The position numbers and the translations under genes were made by a program. Below, in pieces: positions 40,191-52,577 of a stretch of DNA of 64,000 nucleotides; position 1 is the stretch's first letter; every line of letters begins with the position of its first letter. The notes under the pieces were generated by a model. That model searched no databases. It saw only the letters and a list, made by a program, of their open reading frames with translations, and was not told the DNA's origin. Origin of the DNA: Balanoglossus misakiensis (lineage: Eukaryota > Animalia > Hemichordata); assembly GCA_040954595.2 (NCBI GenBank), contig CM082584.2:3476110-3540109 (forward strand), written 5' to 3'.

Positions 40191-41867
40191 TGCCGAGTGT
40201 GGGCGCCACACGCATGTTGTTTAGTGCGACTCGTTTGGTTTTATTTCATTCGGTGCTAGTTCGCAAAACACAATTTTAAACGTTAGTAATTGTTCTGGGA
40301 GGTGTTATTGTTTTAGTAGGTGACTTTGTTGTCGATACAAAAACGATATTACCTCAGCTGAATTGTAATTACCAATTTTCTTGTCGTAGCATTTTCCATA
40401 TGACGTCATGAAACCATGAATGATATCACACCATCCCAGTGGCCGACCATTAAGACTGTCATCTACGGCAGAATGTAGGCACAGTTAAGCGATTTGGACA
40501 GTTTAAACTCACCTATGTAATAAACTGGTATCATTACCATGGGGGAACACACACATTCGCTGGCCCAGAGACCGAATTTATTGAGAAGGACACACATGAT
40601 TAAAGATGAAGTTTTATAGGTACAAAAACACAGAAAGGTATTTTCAAAATAGCCTATAAATAATACACATTTTCTTTTTTTATAAAACTGAAATTCCAAT
40701 ATTTTGTCTTAATCATGCAATTTGTGAAAATGTCAATACAGGTTCATATAATTCAGATTTATACGATATTTCTGAATACTATATTTTACTTTATAAATCA
40801 CAAAACAGTTAGAAAATGTGTTGTTTGTTGATTAATAAATCATGTCTGTGGGCTCTCAGTCTGGAATGTCTGCTTGCCAGAGGCTATGAATAAAAATATT
40901 TCCTTTTGTGGTGCAACGTACTTTATTTACAAAGCATATACTTTTAGAAAAAAATAGACATCGAACTCTGTATTCTTTCACAAATGTTGTTATGTACGTG
41001 AAAAGAAAAAATATATATTTGAGGTGCAGATAAATATTTTATTTCAGGTGGTAAAGCACCGATTTCTTTTGATGATGCCGATGTGATGGGTTGACATTTG
41101 GCACTTGAAGATTATTTCATGTTAGAAGATAAAGTATGATTAAATATTCAACCGACCTGTGACACGCGGTACTCTGTTTGTCACAGAAATGTTTGGCTTG
41201 CATCCTAGGCCAAGGTCGACAAAATTAGCCTGAGAATTCAATACAATGGCGCGTTGATACAATTTTGATCGACAGCAGTCTACCAAGGTCGAGGAGACGC
41301 CAATAAAAATGATAAAAACAATAAACGATAGAAGTCATACACATTATTATTATTTGAAAACATCGAAAATCAACCACTCTCTCTCTCTCTGTGAGATGAT
41401 TATTGTTTGTCTTCCTGCAATAAATTCAGTTATAGTTTCCGGGAGAAAATATTCGTGTACATTATCAGCTTTGTATAGAACAGTGTCTGCCGTGAGTCAA
41501 TAACGTACTTGAAGAGAAGAAGCTTGAAAACGTAGGGTGCCAATGATGTCAGTATGATTCTGCGGCCATTTTGGGAGTGAGTATTGTAAAGAATACGCAC
41601 AACGGGGACTGTCTGTATGTACAGAAAAGTTGAACATTCGTCGGTGTTCTTTAAAGCCATTAGTTTAAATTTCTACTCCGAAAAGTGCTAAACATGTGTT
41701 AGATCGTGCTTGCTGACAACGATAAACCAACCACTGAGTAGCTAGTGTCCGTCAAAGCATGGTAACCGGGCTATGGTGGCCTTCAATCCACCCCCGATCA
41801 AAGGCCAATCCCTATTGGTGGACACGCTATAAATGTAAAGTATTGTCAGTTGAACGACACACCGGGG

Positions 41868-44800
41868 TCAAAGGTCCATCAGGGTCAAAGATCCATCTCT
41901 TGATCGTAGTGTTTTCCTCACTACCCAAGTCGCTGCAACCGGTGGGCGTGTACCCTGTGCCGAAACCCGGTGATAGTAAAACATTACAGTTATTTGAATT
42001 CCGTGAAAAACACAATTTTCTGAAACAAGAACAAAGTAAAAGTAAGAATAATATATATGCATATATTGGAAATAATATTGAGGAATCATATTACTCGTGT
42101 GGTCCGAGATGCATAGTACGATAACAATAAGGGGAATACCCGATGGGTTGGGTTAGCAGTTTGGGTATATGAATTTAATATTGGTGTATAATCGCACTGA
42201 ATTATGAAACACAATACTGTCGATATAAAGTAGGGGATAGGTCACGGGCTAAGCTTGCATAAATACTTTCACCGCAAATTCATATCGTAACAACGTATGA
42301 CATGTACCTGTACGATGCATTCATGATGACTTAGGGAGCCGTCATTATTTATGGCCTGGGGGGGGGGGTTACTCAAAAATTGGAAGGCTGCAGGGGGGGG
42401 GTTTCTCAAAAATTGTAGATGAAGAGGGGGGGGGTCACTCATTTTTGGGAAATGTATCAAAGTTTTTCAACTGAAAGATTTAGTTGTGTGCTGTGCAAGT
42501 GCTGCAGCGCTCCGCGACCTCCGGTCGCGGAACACCAGAGTGTCCACACTGCACTGTCAAAGTATTTTTCCCAAAATTTGCTGATAAAGGATTGGCCTGC
42601 TTGCCTGATCATGCATAAAAAACATATCTCCTTATTATATCAACAAAGTTTGATAATCATTTTGACTTTTAACGATGCCTGTCCAAATTACACAATGCTA
42701 CTTGATGGTTACTGGTTATGGGTGAGCTTTTACGGTAATCATTATTTAGTTGTGACTTTGAGATTGTTTTGTTGTTTCACCCTTTTCAATCCATCATGAT
42801 GCAACTGATGATCACCTACAATGTAGCAGGGTGAACCTGGAGTTGAAAGGTCTTTTACTACACTACTGTAATAGTGAACACCTATTGCCTGGCCATGAGG
42901 GCCATAGCGGCCGTTTATTACACCCGAGGGGCTGTGAGTTACCAGAGCATATGATTCTGGTAACTCACAGCCCCTCGGATGTAATAAACGGCCGCTATGG
43001 CCCTCATGGCCAGGCAATAGGTGTTCAATACAGATACATGTATTGATATGTAGTTGTTCCGGTTTTAGGGGGGGGGGGCCAGTCGAAATTTCTGTGTTGG
43101 AAGGGGGGGGTTTCTCAAAATCTGCATGCTTGGCAGGGGGGGTTTCTCAAAATTTTGGAGTTTCTAGTGTAATTCCTCCGACCCCCCCCCCCCAGGCCGT
43201 AAATAATGACGGCTCCCTTAGAAGGGGTGATTGCGTTTTCAAAACTTACTTCGGTCTTGTCCTTGAGTTGTTCGGCTGACTCAAGTAAATTTGAGAAGGT
43301 TGGTCTGTCATTGGGATCCTTTCTCCAACAAGAAAGCATCAGATCATACCTAAACAAAAGATCAAGAGTGTGTAACAACACATCCATCCACAACAAGTTC
43401 ACATGATCACATATATCCACGTATGATTAGATAGATTAGCTTGTGGACTGTAACAAATGTTGATACGCGGACATCAAGAAAAACATGCAAAATTAATTTG
43501 TCTTATTAAATATTATGGTGTTGACAGCTAATATATCACAAGCCCTTTTCATTACATGCAGGTCCATATTTCTGGTACCAATACAATTGATCAATTAAAC
43601 ATAGGAATGAGCCAGAGGATGCGTACTGTAACAATGAATCAATCTTGTTTGCAAACCTGCCGATGTAACTATTTAATAAATATACCAAGAATGACCTTTT
43701 GTCAAATTAATTAATATATTTTTGTCACACACGAAACTGTGTAACACCTTCAATATAAGTGGTGTGTGTCTGCAACCCATTCGAGGAAATTGTTCAATAT
43801 GGAAATTACCACTGGCAATGTATTTGTTTATTTGATTGACTATAGGTTTCCTGGAAGATGCGTGTTCGCCCAAGTTAATATTTAAATTGCTCTGCCTTTC
43901 AACTTACAGCTCGTCACCACAGTGGTCTGGTTTTGGCAGCCTGTAACCGCGTTCGAGCCTCATAATAACTTCCTTTCGGTCAAGCCCTTCGAAAGGGCTA
44001 TGAGCTGAAATGGAGAAGAATATTGATAAAGTGTATATTTCTGAATACGAAAATTCAGCCGTAAACAAATGACCTTCATAAACTGCCAGTAGGGAGACTG
44101 TAGGCCTAAGAATGGAGGTTGAAACAAAAAGGGGGTTTTGTAGTTGTTTTGGTGGTGGTGGTTTTGGTGGTGGTGGTGGTGGCGGCGAGGGTGGTGGATA
44201 GCTGGCTAAGCCAATTTTCGACCCAAAACCAAGGTGTACCTTGGTAGGCCTAAAATATTGGCCACATTGTGAAAACCACGGAGATCTATGATATTGGATG
44301 ATGTTTGATTGTACGGACATGACATGATAGGATGGGGATGGGGCCAAAATGACATACCGAATTAAGCTAATCACAAACACACTGTACACGAAAAAAATTA
44401 AGATTTGTAGTTCTGTTTGTCTGTGTCCATGTGATTCTATGTCTTTGTTTCATTGCCTAGAACAAGTTTGTCTTCGTATCTCTACCTTATCCATGTTGTC
44501 GGTCTGACTGCCTGTCTGTCTGTCTGTCTAGGTATCAGTCTACCACTTCTGTCAGAGTATGACTCTCTGTTTCTGTCTGACTCTTTGTCTCTGTTCCTGT
44601 TGTCACGTCCTTCTCGTTCATAATATGTGTGTGATTGCATTACAAATCACTGTTGAAGAGCTCAATTTTGTTAGGAAAAAAAACAAGCGAATATAATGAC
44701 CTAAGGTGACTATTTCCCAAAGCACAACACCGAAAGACCATACATCTGTCTTCACATCAAATGTCCATTTGGTGAGTGTTTCCAGTGCTAACCATTGGAA

Positions 44801-47800
44801 TGGAAGTTCATCCTGTTAGGATAATACAAATCGATCAGAATAAAATACTTTACATTAAATTGCGAATGTGAAAATATATAATCAATAATTTGATCAATAA
44901 CGAGTACATGTACAGGGTGTACCTTCTTTGCCAAGTCTTGTAATCTTCCTCCGTAGGTAATGTCACTTGTGTAGGTGAAGTTAGAAATTTTGCACGTTTT
45001 CCCTGTAAATACCAATATGTGATTTGCAGCAAGGAATCTGTGTGTGATCTGTGAAGTAATCCAAGGGTTGCATTGTCTATAGCGAATAAAAAACTATCAA
45101 CTATAATTAATCTAAACCAAAACCGTAAGTCAGGACAATTACTGTTGTGTCTGTGTGTGGTGGTATAGCACTGTGACAACAACAAAGACATTGGGGAACT
45201 TTGATACGAGTAGCACAAATATTGTTCAGGCGGTCAGATTTTTGAATCGCCAAGTAAGCAGCGCCCACTGCATATACTGATCACTATCTTACCCCCAATA
45301 ACGAAAGGTGCTCCATGCCGTCAGCAATGTCGGCAACAAATGAAAGTAATTGTCTCTGGGAATCCACACTCTCATCTGATAATATCCCTTGGCGGTTTTC
45401 GATCAGGTATTTTCGCAGATTTCCGTGTTCTGCGTAGTCAGTCATGTAAAACGGTGGGTCTGAAATAAATGGTTGTATTAATATGCACCATTTATTTTCA
45501 CATCTAATTATTGTATGTCCTGCTAAATTTATCACACAGCATACTACGCAGGTGTATTTGTTTCTTTGTTGGTGATATACATTATTTTATGTTACGCCAT
45601 AGACCCCAGAGAGGGCCTGTAGTTACACAGAAGATAGCGTATTAATTAATTTGACCAAACATTAACACGAATACTGTTCAACTTAATTTTGTGGATTAAG
45701 AATGCGCATACATGCAGACTGTTTCTATCGACGGATCACTGGCCACAGTTAATGATTATTATAAACGACCTTTCCTAAACACTGACCTTTGTCCAAGCCC
45801 TCCTCGACCAAGAAAGGTGACCCAGACACAGCGCACACGTAAACAAAAGAGAAAGATGGCTGCTCACTGAGTCAACTGAGCGGTTTTCGATCGATTGTAT
45901 CGGCATTTGGGGCGTTTTGAAAGCCAAGTAACATGCAAAACAAGAACTAACGGAGATGTAAGATGTATAATAATAAGGTTATTACGAAAATACCGCAATG
46001 TATGCACTCGGACATTAGCGCAGCGCATCGCCCTCCGCTGCGCGTCGGACGATACTCAGCGCTAATGTCCTCGTGCATACTTTGCGGTATTTTCGTAATA
46101 ACCTCATAGTATTTTACCAACCAAACTATTGTGTGGAGAACACAGCATTATAACCTACAATACCGTACAGGCGAGTGATGCAAATGAAGAAAGAACGGTG
46201 GGAACAACTTACTGTTTTCTGTAGAATATGCTAAAAGCCTAACAACATTGGCGTGTGGTGATATGGATTTCATAAGCTCGACTTCTCTCTCCAGGGCTGA
46301 TGTGTCTGTTGTCTCACCTGTGAAAATAGTAATACACTTGTGAATTAATTGCACAATGCCTTCGTTTAGCGAATAAAAACCATCAATGGCAATCTAAACA
46401 TTGGCTCTTGACTGATAAACCACTTGAAACACACACACACACACTAAATTTGCGATTTCACACTGCTGCCACTGGTTATTTGTTTCAGTAATTTCAGAAA
46501 TTATCTCCCATTATACAAATACTGACCATATTGAAATTTACCTGACAGGATTTTGACGACAACTTGAACAGTCTGTGGAGGGTCGAGCGAGTCAACGATT
46601 TTAGCTTCTGCTCTGAACACTTGACTGAATGCCCCACTGTAAATTGCATCTGCCACAGAAACAATGTATTCGTCCATTCTCAGCTCTCTTTGTATAACCG
46701 GTGCTTTCGATTCAGGTTTAAGTGCTACACTTCTCCGGGCAGATTCTCTCCGAGGGAGAAAATTCTGCAATGTAAATGCAATTCTGATATTATAGTAAGG
46801 AAAATATTTCTGATGTATACTTTGAATTAGAACACTATACTGATGATTTAACTTGGTATGATTTGATTTGATTGGGACACTTTTGTAAAATATCATTAAT
46901 CGTTAGGTTAATTTTTGTCACTGGGGTCACAATAACATTTCAAAACTATGCAATTTTTAGTCAATAATGTAGAAATTATACTGACACACATCACTGAGAT
47001 GGCGAGGTCTTTGAATGTGGGTCGTTCTCGAGGCTTCTGTCGCCAGCATGACAGGATCAGGTTGTATCTGTAGGTGTAGGGCACATATACAAAATAGATT
47101 ATAGTCCAACACAGACTGGCACTGAAACAGCCTCGTTGTAGGATAATACGTGTCGGAGACACTGTAACGACAAAATGGCGGTACATTCTGTCTGTCTGTC
47201 TGCCTGCCAGTTTGCCTGTCTGTCTGCTTCTTGGTTTGTCTCCCTGCATGTCTGTTTGTCTGTCTGTTTGTCTGTATATGCCTGGCTGTATATCTGTGTC
47301 TTCCTGCCCACCTGCCTCGTCGACGTGCCTGCCTACTTGACTGCCTACCTACATGACAATACACGACGAATTGTCATGTTTTGATTCAATAGTCAACTCA
47401 CATGTCATCTGCACCGTGATCTGGTTTGAGTAACCGGTAACCCTTCTTCAGCTTCACCAGTACTTCATTCAGTGAATCCTCAGAGTAGGGTAGGCGACCT
47501 GCATGTCAAGAAATTAATTTTATTGACAGATACTTGTTGCCCCTACATTTCTACATACACAAGGACAAGTAAACAATCCTTAGAATGTCTTACCAAGGGT
47601 GAACACTTCCCACAATACAACACCGAACGACCATACGTCAGTGAACTGGTCAAAGGTCAGTTGGGTCAATGACTCGAGTGCCATCCATCGGTACGTAAGA
47701 TCGTGCTAAAAAGAGAAAAACAACATTATACATCGGTTTTGGGGGGTATTTCTGTTTTTTCTAAACAATATTGAACACAAAGTCATTCTGAATGTAACTG

Positions 47801-50800
47801 GGCATCACTTAGCCCAACTTGAAGGTGTCAATTGTGTGACTTTAACATTTAATGCTACCTGTTTCGTGAGTCTGAAGAACTGTCTGTCCCCAATAACATC
47901 CGACGAATAGGTGAAGTTCGATATTTTGCAAGTCATTCTGTCGCAAAGTAACACGTGATTTGTTGCCAGATACCTGAGTATAACCTGTTGAAAGAAATCA
48001 TTGCAGTTTTGGGAATTTGTATTTTGTGTGTTGTATCATTAGCCAGAGTAATCACAGTGTACATTTAATTTGTTAGTTTTAATAACACGTTTATATGTTT
48101 ATGTATCATGGGTGACATTATTTTCACTCTCCATTTTTATTTTTACATTAACTGTGAACTATTGAGACTAGTGAAAGTGAAAATAATCTCTATTGAATAC
48201 CTAAATTCCTCTGCAATATCATACCCTCTTATGATCAAAACAAACGTACTTACATTATTAGAAGACAGATATTCCATTCCTTTTACAATATCCCAGCTAA
48301 ATGCCAAAAGCCTCTGCCTCATTAAAGTAGCACCTAATGAGAGTATTACGTCGTGGTGTGTATGCATAAAATTCCTCAGGTTACCGTATTGTGGTTGCTC
48401 TGTTAAAAGGTATGGTGGATCTGAAACATAATTTCAAAACTTTCAATGTGATATAGCTGTTGGTTAAGTAGAAGATGTTCAACTCATTGCAATGGGATGC
48501 TAGGCAAGTAGCGTTTTGTTCAAAACTAGACTTATTGAATAAATTGTAACCTCTACATTGCAATTGCTGAACTGCTACAGGTCATAAAATAAAACTTGCT
48601 TAAATTCTTTGAGAGGTATAGGATGCTTATATAGTCTCGAAATTCATATATACAAGTTTTGGTTTCAGTATCATAAGTATGTGTTTTTGTTTGATAATTC
48701 AACGGGGAGATGTCAACCGAACGTCACGATCCGAAACTATTGTCCGAGGTCGTGCTAAAACTGTAGCCAGAAGTTTCGATAGATATTGTAAATGATTATT
48801 GTGATAACCTAGTGATTCGTGTGTCCATAATCAACTTAGGCTTACAGAACCGTATTTGATCTTTATAAGTAACACAGAAGGTCTGTTTCTCTTCTCATGC
48901 GTTATAACTCTAATAAATTTCAACCAACAAAGGGGACATTTTACCGGGAATATGACACCAATAGTCCTACTCACCAACTTTTGTACAGCACCCCAGGAGA
49001 CTGTTAACGTTTGTATGTAAATCGAGAGACTTCATGAGTTCGATTTCTCTCCTCAAACATAGCGCTGATTCCCTAGTGTCTGCAATAATGTGAGAAAACT
49101 TTCAGGTGTGTTCACCGTCTTTTTTGACAAAATTTGTATTCTCAATTTTAATAGTAAGTGAATATGAAAGTTGCGTTTAGCAAAATTCTTATTATCCAGG
49201 CGCATGATACCAACACATTATACGTTTAGATGGCACATAGTTAAAAATATTTACAAAAATGGCATTTGTCTGTTAACACTCTTCTTAATTTTGTTATCAT
49301 TGAAGCTTTTATTTTGTTCCCAAGCTCTCTGTCTTCATATGTTTCACATGGAATTTGATGCACATTATCCTATGAAAATGTACATTACCTGTTGGTGATT
49401 TGATAAAAATATTGGTTGACCCCTCCTTGCCTCCGATGAACCAAGCTTCGCCTCTATGTATCTGGTAGATGTCGCCCACAAAGACACGTTCTGTGATGTG
49501 CAGTCTGTCCATCTCGACCTCAAAAACCCGCTGTCCTGGGTACAAGTATTCCCCTTCAGCCAGATCGTCGATGTCCGGTTCCACGTATGGACCCTCAGAT
49601 ACACTCGCCTGCCGATGTTCACATGGATTTTAGAATTATCAGTGATAGGATGGGTTGAAAAGTAATGAATTCGTATTGTGGCGTCTCTGCGATTATTAAA
49701 ACGTCCCTAAGATTATTAAAACGTCTCTAAGATTATTAAAACCACTACAGGGAACAAAAGCTACTAAGCTATTGTAAATATAAGGCATTTGGTACTGGTT
49801 TCTTGCTAAAGATATTGCTAGAAAGCTTGGCAAGATTGCATCCCTACAATATACGGACTCAACGTTACACTTCTTTCTGATAATGAAAAAATGAAATTAC
49901 CATTGTGTGAAATAAATCAGTAGACGCAGCCTCATCGTATTCATGTATGCTTTCACTTTCTGCAGCAATACTTCCCCTGTCTCTCTCGTCTCTCACAACG
50001 GTTGGTATCTGCTCGTATGAATGAAATATTTGTTCTGGTTCATCTGGAAAAAGAATGCATGAGGGAATATAGTTTGGAAAATGTGGTGCTTCCTATAGGG
50101 ATGCACTTTGTGTTTAAATGGGAAATAGAAAGTATAATATTAATTCACCTGGTTCAGTTGATTCATTTGTTCCTGTTTGTGAGGCCTCATCTGCAATTAA
50201 ACCGACATATAAAATAAGAAAAAAACAATAATAGCAATTAAAAGCCACAACAACAACAGCAACAACAAAGTAGAATTCAAGTTTATCTTACCTTGAGGTA
50301 TAGCGGAACGAAATCTGCGAAACCGTCTGTAAACTGCACGGAATATTAAGAAGAGATAACATTATAGCATTATATCATTTTTGAAATACACACACATATA
50401 CATACATACACACACACTCTCCGTATGTATGTGTGTGAATGTATGTATGTATGTATGTATGTATGTATGTATGTATGTATGTATGTATGTATGTATGTAT
50501 GTATGTATGTATGTATGTATGTGTGTATGTATATTGCACCACACGTCAAGATCAATGCTAAAGATACACATACCATTTCATCTGAAAGTCCTTCAGTTGA
50601 TACTCTAGCAATGTTATTATGCACCATAGCCTTGTAATTTACGCAAATGAGAAAAATTAATTTGAAACAACTTCTTTGAAAAAGGCCCAAAATATCAAAA
50701 TTTAGAAAGTCGAGAATTGGTCATCCAGATACTAACCTCTGTGCATCCCACGAGATTTATACAAAGTAATCATAATGATAACAACCAGTAAAGTTATTAC

Positions 50801-51085
50801 GACGACGGCAATTACAATAACAATGGTTACGTGCATCACCGGCTTGTTGTTTTCCGGGTTCCAATCTATAGGAGGCAATTTAAACATGTTTCACAAGATC
50901 AAGGTCAAATGCAGGTTGACTTGAACATATAAAGTACACCACTCTACATTAAATGTATATTACAGTGATCTGTTGGCATTCATTGTTATAAAATACTTAC
51001 TGTTGTTTTCTGTGCTCCGATTAGGAAACTTAGTCGATCCAAGCATTGTGTAATTCATGTCCCCTCTCCTGCTGATCAGAGACAT
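41868..51085 (-). CDS. Single-pass membrane protein with two tandem tyrosine pseudokinase domains, ~783 aa, 20 coding exons: 51085-51001, 50865-50737, 50333-50292, 50190-50149, 50043-49901, 49593-49389, 49079-48975, 48420-48254, 47984-47859, 47705-47594, 47498-47402, 47067-46986, 46764-46542, 46317-46213, 45459-45293, 45048-44923, 44812-44701, 44004-43908, 43349-43250, 41954-41868
   Basis: All junctions are GT-AG and phase-compatible, with no stops. TM helix VTIVIVIAVVVITLLVVIIMITLY followed by basic YRRFRRFR. Both domains have PTK hallmarks (RWMALES / QWLALET, TDVWSFGVVLWE, GYRL.KP, CWR..P..RPTF). First and last exons and the exon-12 donor (46986 vs 46995) are less certain. Confidence 0.88.
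42334..43217. mobile_element. PIF/Harbinger-type MITE (TTA TSD) in the last intron of the pseudokinase gene
   Basis: TTA|GGGAGCCGTCATTATTTATGGCCTGGGG ... CCCCAGGCCGTAAATAATGACGGCTCCC|TTA. Confidence 0.88.
42875..43027. repeat. Near-perfect 153-bp palindrome nested in the MITE
   Basis: TGAACACCTATTGCCTGGCCATGAGGGCCATAGCGGCCG...CATATG...CGGCCGCTATGGCCCTCATGGCCAGGCAATAGGTGTTCA. Confidence 0.92.
45976..46104. repeat. Intronic palindrome / hairpin repeat
   Basis: AGGTTATTACGAAAATACCGCAA...GGACATTAGCG pairs with CGCTAATGTCC...TTGCGGTATTTTCGTAATAACCT. Confidence 0.85.
50439..50522. repeat. (ATGT)n microsatellite
   Basis: Directly visible; intronic. Confidence 0.95.
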
Positions 51086-52577
51086 TCTTATGCTAAGTAA
51101 CCGTTACGATAAACTCGGCTTGAAGCAACTTTATGTGTTGATGTGATGCAGCATGCTCACCGATTAAAGCCTCTGTCTTTTCTGCTGTGCGGTAAACATG
51201 AAAATCTGTCCAATACTACTTGAAACACCCCCTATCAGGTCGACAGCTAACTTATTCAAAATAAGTGTGGTATTTCTGTAACACCGCAGGTGTATGAATA
51301 TCCAGGTACGCCTATGAGATTCGTATTTTCCAAGAACCTCCTGTCAGAAAAAAACCATACTGTAATATCGTTCTCGTGCAGGGAATTCCCAGGGCAGTAC
51401 CAGAGTCTGCGCTAAGCCCAGTAGTAAAATGATTCGTGATACCTCGATTGTCCATACAAAGTCCAACATATAAACAATATGGTGTATACACAGAATATGT
51501 TTCACACCATAGCGATTGTACCCACTGTACACAATTGTGACTGCACTTTGCCAGATTATCGCCTTCTGATGTTACCGGACATGTTTGTTTGTTCGAAGAA
51601 AGATAGCCAAACATCTCCCCATTTCATTGGCCGAAACGTGCTTTTGATTTCCATATTAGTCACCAGTTTCTGGAAGTGGTAACTGTCCATGGTTAACCAA
51701 CCCGGGTCACATTACGTTTACCTTTCACCCCAACAGAGGTCACATCACAGATGCACGACCAGGTAAGTGGTCTTGTGGTCAAGTTGATGAAATTGGCCGC
51801 ATACAATACTTGTATAATGTGCCATGACAACGAGTATAATATGTATAAATAACTGTTTGTTATTTGGACAGAAAAATCCACCGATCACGAATTATCTCTC
51901 TGTCACAAGCATAAAATATACTAGAGCAGTCAGATCACCTAAACGGCCAATATCACACCGCAGATGTCGTGAGCATAATTGTCGAAACTTCGTTACAAAA
52001 CGATTTCTGGGTACACGAAAACGCATCTCTAAATAAGGTATGAATCAACCATTATTATGTATTCTGAACGGACTCGTCACTACTCTCGAATGACCCTACA
52101 GTTGTATTTCCCCTTCCATGTCCCTAAAATTTCTACCACTAGCTGTTCAAGGGGTGAACTACGTCTTTCGAGCCAAACGAAAACACAAGCCCACAGAACT
52201 GGGTTATGAGTCAATCCTTATTATGCATTTGGGCGGACTTGTCACTACTCTCAAAGGATCTCATTTCCTTGTACCGTGTTCCCAAACTTCCCATCACTAC
52301 CAATTATTCCAAGGTTTAATTCTACAAGTACGTCACACAAATATCAGAACAAAGTCAAATCCATAACAAAATATATGCACTTCTGGCAGAAATTCCAAGA
52401 GGTGATGTTAGACTAGGCTACACTAAACTAGTCTAGTCTAGTTTAGTCATGTCTAGTCTTCTTTTTACCGCATGTAAATAAACATGTAAATGAAATAATT
52501 GAAATATTACCCGTGGTTAATCCCACGCAATATTTAGAAAAATGATCTCAAATATTCTATGATATAATTTGTTGCAG

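Noticed and set aside
43904-44389. Poly-proline stretch as part of the pseudokinase
   Set aside because: It derives from an intronic (GGT)n run. Only 44004-43908 fits the exon chain (97 nt, matching domain 1).
50362-50690. HTYI/CMYV repeat ORFs (also RQTD-type ORFs at 46957-47384 and INQS at 27411-27608)
   Set aside because: Microsatellite translations.
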